A stretch of DNA of 62,359 bases, the filler included, from Coriobacteriales bacterium (GTDB lineage: Bacteria; Actinomycetota; Coriobacteriia; Coriobacteriales; UBA8131): assembly GCA_031263105.1 (NCBI GenBank). It is 5 parts of 5 records of this genome, joined end to end, with 100 filler letters (N's around TTAATTAATTAA, not from the genome) between each part and the next. Parts side by side here need not be neighbours in the genome. Positions count along the whole stretch, not along the records: positions 58,324 to 62,359 come from JAISGJ010000134.1; 4 more parts are not named here. The stretch is one strand, 5' to 3'. Below the pieces are notes generated by a model. That model made no database searches. It was not told where the DNA came from and saw nothing but the letters and a program-made list of their open reading frames with translations. The translations under genes were made by a program, and so were the position numbers. Every line of letters begins with the position of its first letter. Positions within the stretch are counted from its first letter, which is position 1. This document shows positions 58,643 through 62,359 of this stretch, one piece after another.

Positions 58643-60412
58643 TTACCAGGCACCGGAGCTGAGGTTCTTGCCCAGAAGATAGCCGAATGTCGTGCAGGCG
58701 CCGCCGAGGTTGATGCCAGGCACACGGTAGTCGTACACATCGCCATACATATCGCCCACCACGGTGCCGATACCGTACAGCCCCTCGATGGGGTCGTTGT
58801 TGGAGTCGCAGACGTGCATCTGGATGTCCGTGTTCAGGCCCCCGGTAATGCAGAGCGTGTAGGGCTCGTTCTTCACTCCGTAAAACGGCGGGGTCTTTAC
58901 GGGGAGCAGGAAGCGCTTGTTCTTGTGGAACTCGTCGTCGAGTCCCGTCTCGCAGTAGCCGTTGTAGCGTTCGACCTGCGCGAGGAAGGCCTCACGGGGC
59001 AGGCCCAGGCCGTCGGCCAGCTCCTCGAGGGTGTCGGCCTTGACTGCGGTCTCTGCCATGGTGGCGTCAAAGCCGGCGTACTCGTCCGTGGTCGTCCAGT
59101 CGGTGTCTGGGTCGAAGAGGGCGGCCATGGCGTCGTACACCTCCTGGGTGTCGCGCGCATCGCCGCCGACACGGTCGCCCTGCCAAGGTGCGGAGGCGGC
59201 GACCCAGGCATCGTCCCAGACAAGGTAGGCGCAGCCGTCGGGCTGGACACGCTGCGGATAGGGCATGTAGCCATAGGTGCAGTTCTCGTTGCTGTAACGC
59301 AGGCCCTTGTTGTTGACGAGAAGTCCCGGAAAGGTCGTGAGCGCTCCTTCCGCCCACCAGCGACAGGGCAGGACCTCGTCGCCCATCGTGGCGAGCATGG
59401 GGGCGTTGGGGGTGTACTTCTGCCACGCGGCACCGATCCACAGCGCCATCTTGAGGCCCGAGCCGTCGTAGACCCCGCCATTGCCGAATGGCAGCGCGAT
59501 GGGGCAGTACTTGGCCACCATGTCGCGGTCCTGGGAGAAGTCGCCGGTGGCCAGAACCACGCCTTTGGACGCCGTGTAGCGCACGTACTCGCCTTCCTGT
59601 CTAACGACGCAGCCGGTCACGCGGCCCGTGTTGTTGTCCGCACGGTCGAGCTGCACGGCAACCGTGTCGTAGAAGATCCTGCCCTTGCCCTTGACGATCT
59701 CCTCGGCAAGCGCCTCGACCACGATCTGCTGCGAGGCACCGGCCGCCTGATTGCCTTCGGCGACAAAGGAATGCGAGACGTTGAGGGTCTTGAGCGGGCC
59801 GTCGCCGTCTTGCTGGTTGTTCTCGATGACCGTGCTGATCCCGTATGGCACCATCTTGTCCATAAGCCAGTTCAGGGCCATGCCGGACTCGTCGAACACA
59901 AGCCACCACTTGTCCTGGTCGAGACGGAAGCTGTTGGCCGCGAAGATCGACTGGAAGATCGGTTCGATCTCCTCGCGGGTGTAGTCCAGGCCGAGCTCGT
60001 GCGTGAGCCTGGTATTGAAGGCGGCGTTGGAGCCGCCGCGCGACACCGGCCCCGAGCTCTGGGCCACGATGACGACGTCCGTGCCCTCCTCGACAGCCGA
60101 AGCCGCAGTGACCAGTCCGCTCACCCCGGCACCGATAACGAGGATCTCGCAGTCGACGCTACGGGCGATCTCTTCTTCCGGCACGGGGTCCGGTGCGATC
60201 TCGAAACTCCATTTGGCGCCCATGAAGCTCTCGGCGTCGAGGATGAGTCCGCCGCCGCCGCCGCCGCCTGCACTCGCCGCCGCAGGTTCCCGCGACGGGG
60301 CGCAACCGGACAGGCCCAATGCTCCCGTCGCAGCCGTCGCGGCCACTGCCGCTCCCGCCACGCTTGCCCCTTTGAGGAAACTGCGCCTGTCCATCGAGGT
60401 GCCTGTGTCCAT
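58643..60412 (-). CDS. Tat-exported FAD-dependent oxidoreductase (flavocytochrome c/fumarate-reductase flavoprotein family), lipoprotein
   Basis: DRRSFLKG, LSGC lipobox, GAGVSG, LATGDF, ITGGL, IEGLYGIG. Confidence 0.9.
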   Translation of the reverse strand: MDTGTSMDRRSFLKGASVAGAAVAATAATGALGLSGCAPSREPAAASAGGGGGGGLILDAESFMGAKWSFEIAPDPVPEEEIARSVDCEILVIGAGVSGLVTAASAVEEGTDVVIVAQSSGPVSRGGSNAAFNTRLTHELGLDYTREEIEPIFQSIFAANSFRLDQDKWWLVFDESGMALNWLMDKMVPYGISTVIENNQQDGDGPLKTLNVSHSFVAEGNQAAGASQQIVVEALAEEIVKGKGRIFYDTVAVQLDRADNNTGRVTGCVVRQEGEYVRYTASKGVVLATGDFSQDRDMVAKYCPIALPFGNGGVYDGSGLKMALWIGAAWQKYTPNAPMLATMGDEVLPCRWWAEGALTTFPGLLVNNKGLRYSNENCTYGYMPYPQRVQPDGCAYLVWDDAWVAASAPWQGDRVGGDARDTQEVYDAMAALFDPDTDWTTTDEYAGFDATMAETAVKADTLEELADGLGLPREAFLAQVERYNGYCETGLDDEFHKNKRFLLPVKTPPFYGVKNEPYTLCITGGLNTDIQMHVCDSNNDPIEGLYGIGTVVGDMYGDVYDYRVPGINLGGACTTFGYLLGKNLSSGAW

Positions 60413-60669
60413 GTTCGTTCCTTTCTCGCATAGCTTCGTCACCTTGGCGGTCCGTCGGGTCGTGGGACGCCAAGCCTTTCGTGCCATGCAGCCTAGGGCC
60501 GTCCGTCCGCTGTCGCGTCGCCCAAAACAGCGTAAATGGTGCCGGTGCCCGGATACCGCAAAAGGTAGTATACTTGCCTGCCTGTCGTCCGCTTGCCTTC
60601 ATGTGCGTCTGCCGGAGCACAGGTACCAAAGCGAGACGTCCGAGGCGAAAAGGAGATGCGCACAGAGCC

Positions 60670-62211
60670 ATGCCCGAGAAGCGTCCATCGGTTTTTCTGC
60701 ACTTCACCTTTGAGGATGTGGGACTTGGGGCCCTGCTCTTCTTTACCTCGCATATGGTCATCCGAATCATGTATCTCATCGGCACGGGATGCAGCCAAGA
60801 CGACCTTGTCGTGCTCTTCGCCGTCGTGGTGGCCGCCCTTCTCCTTGCCCATCTGGCCTCTCCTTTCCTCATACGCCTCCGCCTTCTGGCTGCGGAATAC
60901 TTTGACGTCCCCGTCGTAAGCATGCTGGCCACGGCGGGAATTGCCCTGATGCTCATCTTCTGCATGCCGTCTGCGGGCATCGCGTTTCTCTTTGTCGGCG
61001 GCTTTCTTGTCGGGTTTTCCTGCGGATGGGCGGTCTCGATCTGGCTGACGACCCATCATGTGCGAGACCCAAGCCCCAGCCTCTTCAAGGCATCGCCGGC
61101 ACTTGTCGTCGCAGTGCTCGCCTATCTTTGTTTTCGGCTGCTCAGCTCCGTCTCCGAGGCTATGGGAGACGGGCTGATGATGGCCTTGCCCCTGATAGCG
61201 ATTGCCTGCATCCTGTGCCGATCCCCAAGAAAGGGCACGGGCAGTGGAGAGAGCTCCGAGACCGGGCTTTCGGGCGGTGGGGGAAAATCCGAGGGCGGTC
61301 ACTCGAAAGACGGGGAAAAGCCCAAGGGCAGGCATTCGGACGCCGGAGAGGAATCCGAGAACAGGCGCGCTCTTTTAGCGCTTGTCGCTGCGGCGGCCAC
61401 GTTCGCCTTTGCCGGAGGGGTTGTCGCACATCTTTCGGGAAAACCCATTCTGCCCATGAGCGCCGAGATCAGCTTTCAGGTGGTCTACGAGCTCATCGCG
61501 GCAGCCTTGATGCTTGGAATCTGTCGGCTTCTCTTTCGTTTCGCGACACGCATGGACTTTCCTCCTTGGACAGGGGCCTTCGTGTTCGCCCTCCTCTGCA
61601 TCCCGCTGTTCTCGGTCGGCCTCCTCATCGGCCTGATCGACCTGCCCAACGCCAGTTCCGGCGTGCTTTGGGAGTGTTCGCTGTGGGTGCTCGTCATCGC
61701 GGTCTTCGCCTACGATATGCGCACTTCCCCCTACGCGGTGAACGGTCTGGGCGTCGCGTTGCTCTTTGAGGCCCTGGTCGTCGGCCAGATGCTGTCGAGA
61801 CTGATGCTCCTCGCAGGATTCGCTTCTCCCGCAGTTGCCCTGTGCGTGGGCTTTGGCCTGGTTTTCTTTGTGGGCGTGGGATTTCAACTGCTCGGCGGCA
61901 GATGCCATGGCGATCGCGCGCCTCGTGCCGCGCACGGCTCCCCTGTCCATGCGGATCCCAAAGGTCCGGGCGCCCCCGGCAGCGCCGCACTCGATACCGG
62001 CGTCATCGAGCGCTATCGGCTGACCCTGCGGGAACTCGAGATCCTCGACCTTCTGGCCCATGGCCGTAGCGTAAAATACGTTGCCGAGGAGCTGACCATC
62101 TCGTATCACACCGCACGCACCCATGCACGCCACATCTACGAGAAACTGAACATTCATTCCAAGCAGGAACTCATCGACTTCGTCGAGCTGCTCGGCCGCC
62201 AGCCGCTTTAG
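60670..62211 (+). CDS. Multi-TM LuxR-family transcriptional regulator
   Basis: About 12 hydrophobic segments followed by LTLRELEILDLLAHGRS...HIYEKLNIHSKQEL. Confidence 0.92.
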   Translation: MPEKRPSVFLHFTFEDVGLGALLFFTSHMVIRIMYLIGTGCSQDDLVVLFAVVVAALLLAHLASPFLIRLRLLAAEYFDVPVVSMLATAGIALMLIFCMPSAGIAFLFVGGFLVGFSCGWAVSIWLTTHHVRDPSPSLFKASPALVVAVLAYLCFRLLSSVSEAMGDGLMMALPLIAIACILCRSPRKGTGSGESSETGLSGGGGKSEGGHSKDGEKPKGRHSDAGEESENRRALLALVAAAATFAFAGGVVAHLSGKPILPMSAEISFQVVYELIAAALMLGICRLLFRFATRMDFPPWTGAFVFALLCIPLFSVGLLIGLIDLPNASSGVLWECSLWVLVIAVFAYDMRTSPYAVNGLGVALLFEALVVGQMLSRLMLLAGFASPAVALCVGFGLVFFVGVGFQLLGGRCHGDRAPRAAHGSPVHADPKGPGAPGSAALDTGVIERYRLTLRELEILDLLAHGRSVKYVAEELTISYHTARTHARHIYEKLNIHSKQELIDFVELLGRQPL

Positions 62212-62359
62212 GGAAGCGATGATCAATCGTTGCACACCGTCTTCCGGCTACTGTTCACACCCCCACTGCCAGGGAGGCGATGGTCAATCATTGCACGCCG
62301 CCTTCCGGCTACTGTTCACACCCCCACTGTCATCCTGAGCGAAGGGGCGAAGCCCCGCA
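62210..62359 (+). repeat. 61-bp tandem duplication ending in a GCTAC-type element end and TGTC REP (runs off the window)
   Basis: 62210-62270 resembles 62271-62331; both contain GCTACTGTTCACACCCCCACTG. Confidence 0.85.

Overview
High-GC bacterial DNA, most consistent with Coriobacteriia (Eggerthellaceae-like). This taxon call is inferred from Tat-lipoprotein molybdo- and flavo-enzymes and a multi-TM LuxR regulator. The window is five contigs joined by artificial N/TTAATTAATTAA linkers, so adjacency across the gaps is not biological. Contig 1 holds an NrfD-type anchor and a 3.3-kb decayed prophage module (CI-like repressor, OB-fold membrane protein, orphan MazF/PemK toxin, tyrosine integrase) at tRNA-Leu(GAG), followed by secG, a CapA lipoprotein, dmsABD and an iron-uptake pair. 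Contigs 2-3 are Wzm/Wzt-dependent surface-glycan loci with duplicated glycosyltransferases, interrupted by toxin-antitoxin/defence cassettes (Abi_2-FitA fusion + PIN, DUF3791-DUF3990-DUF3791, Phd/RelE). Contig 4 is a STAS/SpoIIE/RsbW partner-switch cluster in which two transporters carry RsbW-like domains. Contig 5 is a flavoprotein/LuxR pair. Best novelty candidates: (1) an antitoxin-less MazF facing a strongly promoted ~50-nt structured antisense RNA; (2) the sigma-less partner-switch transporter cluster; (3) an Abi_2 HEPN protein fused to a FitA-like antitoxin tail behind a hairpin RNA; (4) REP elements translated in-frame inside four proteins; (5) a GTTAC-ended MITE family with 8-bp target duplications carrying REP hairpins. 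All family calls come from motif recognition by eye; no database searches were run.
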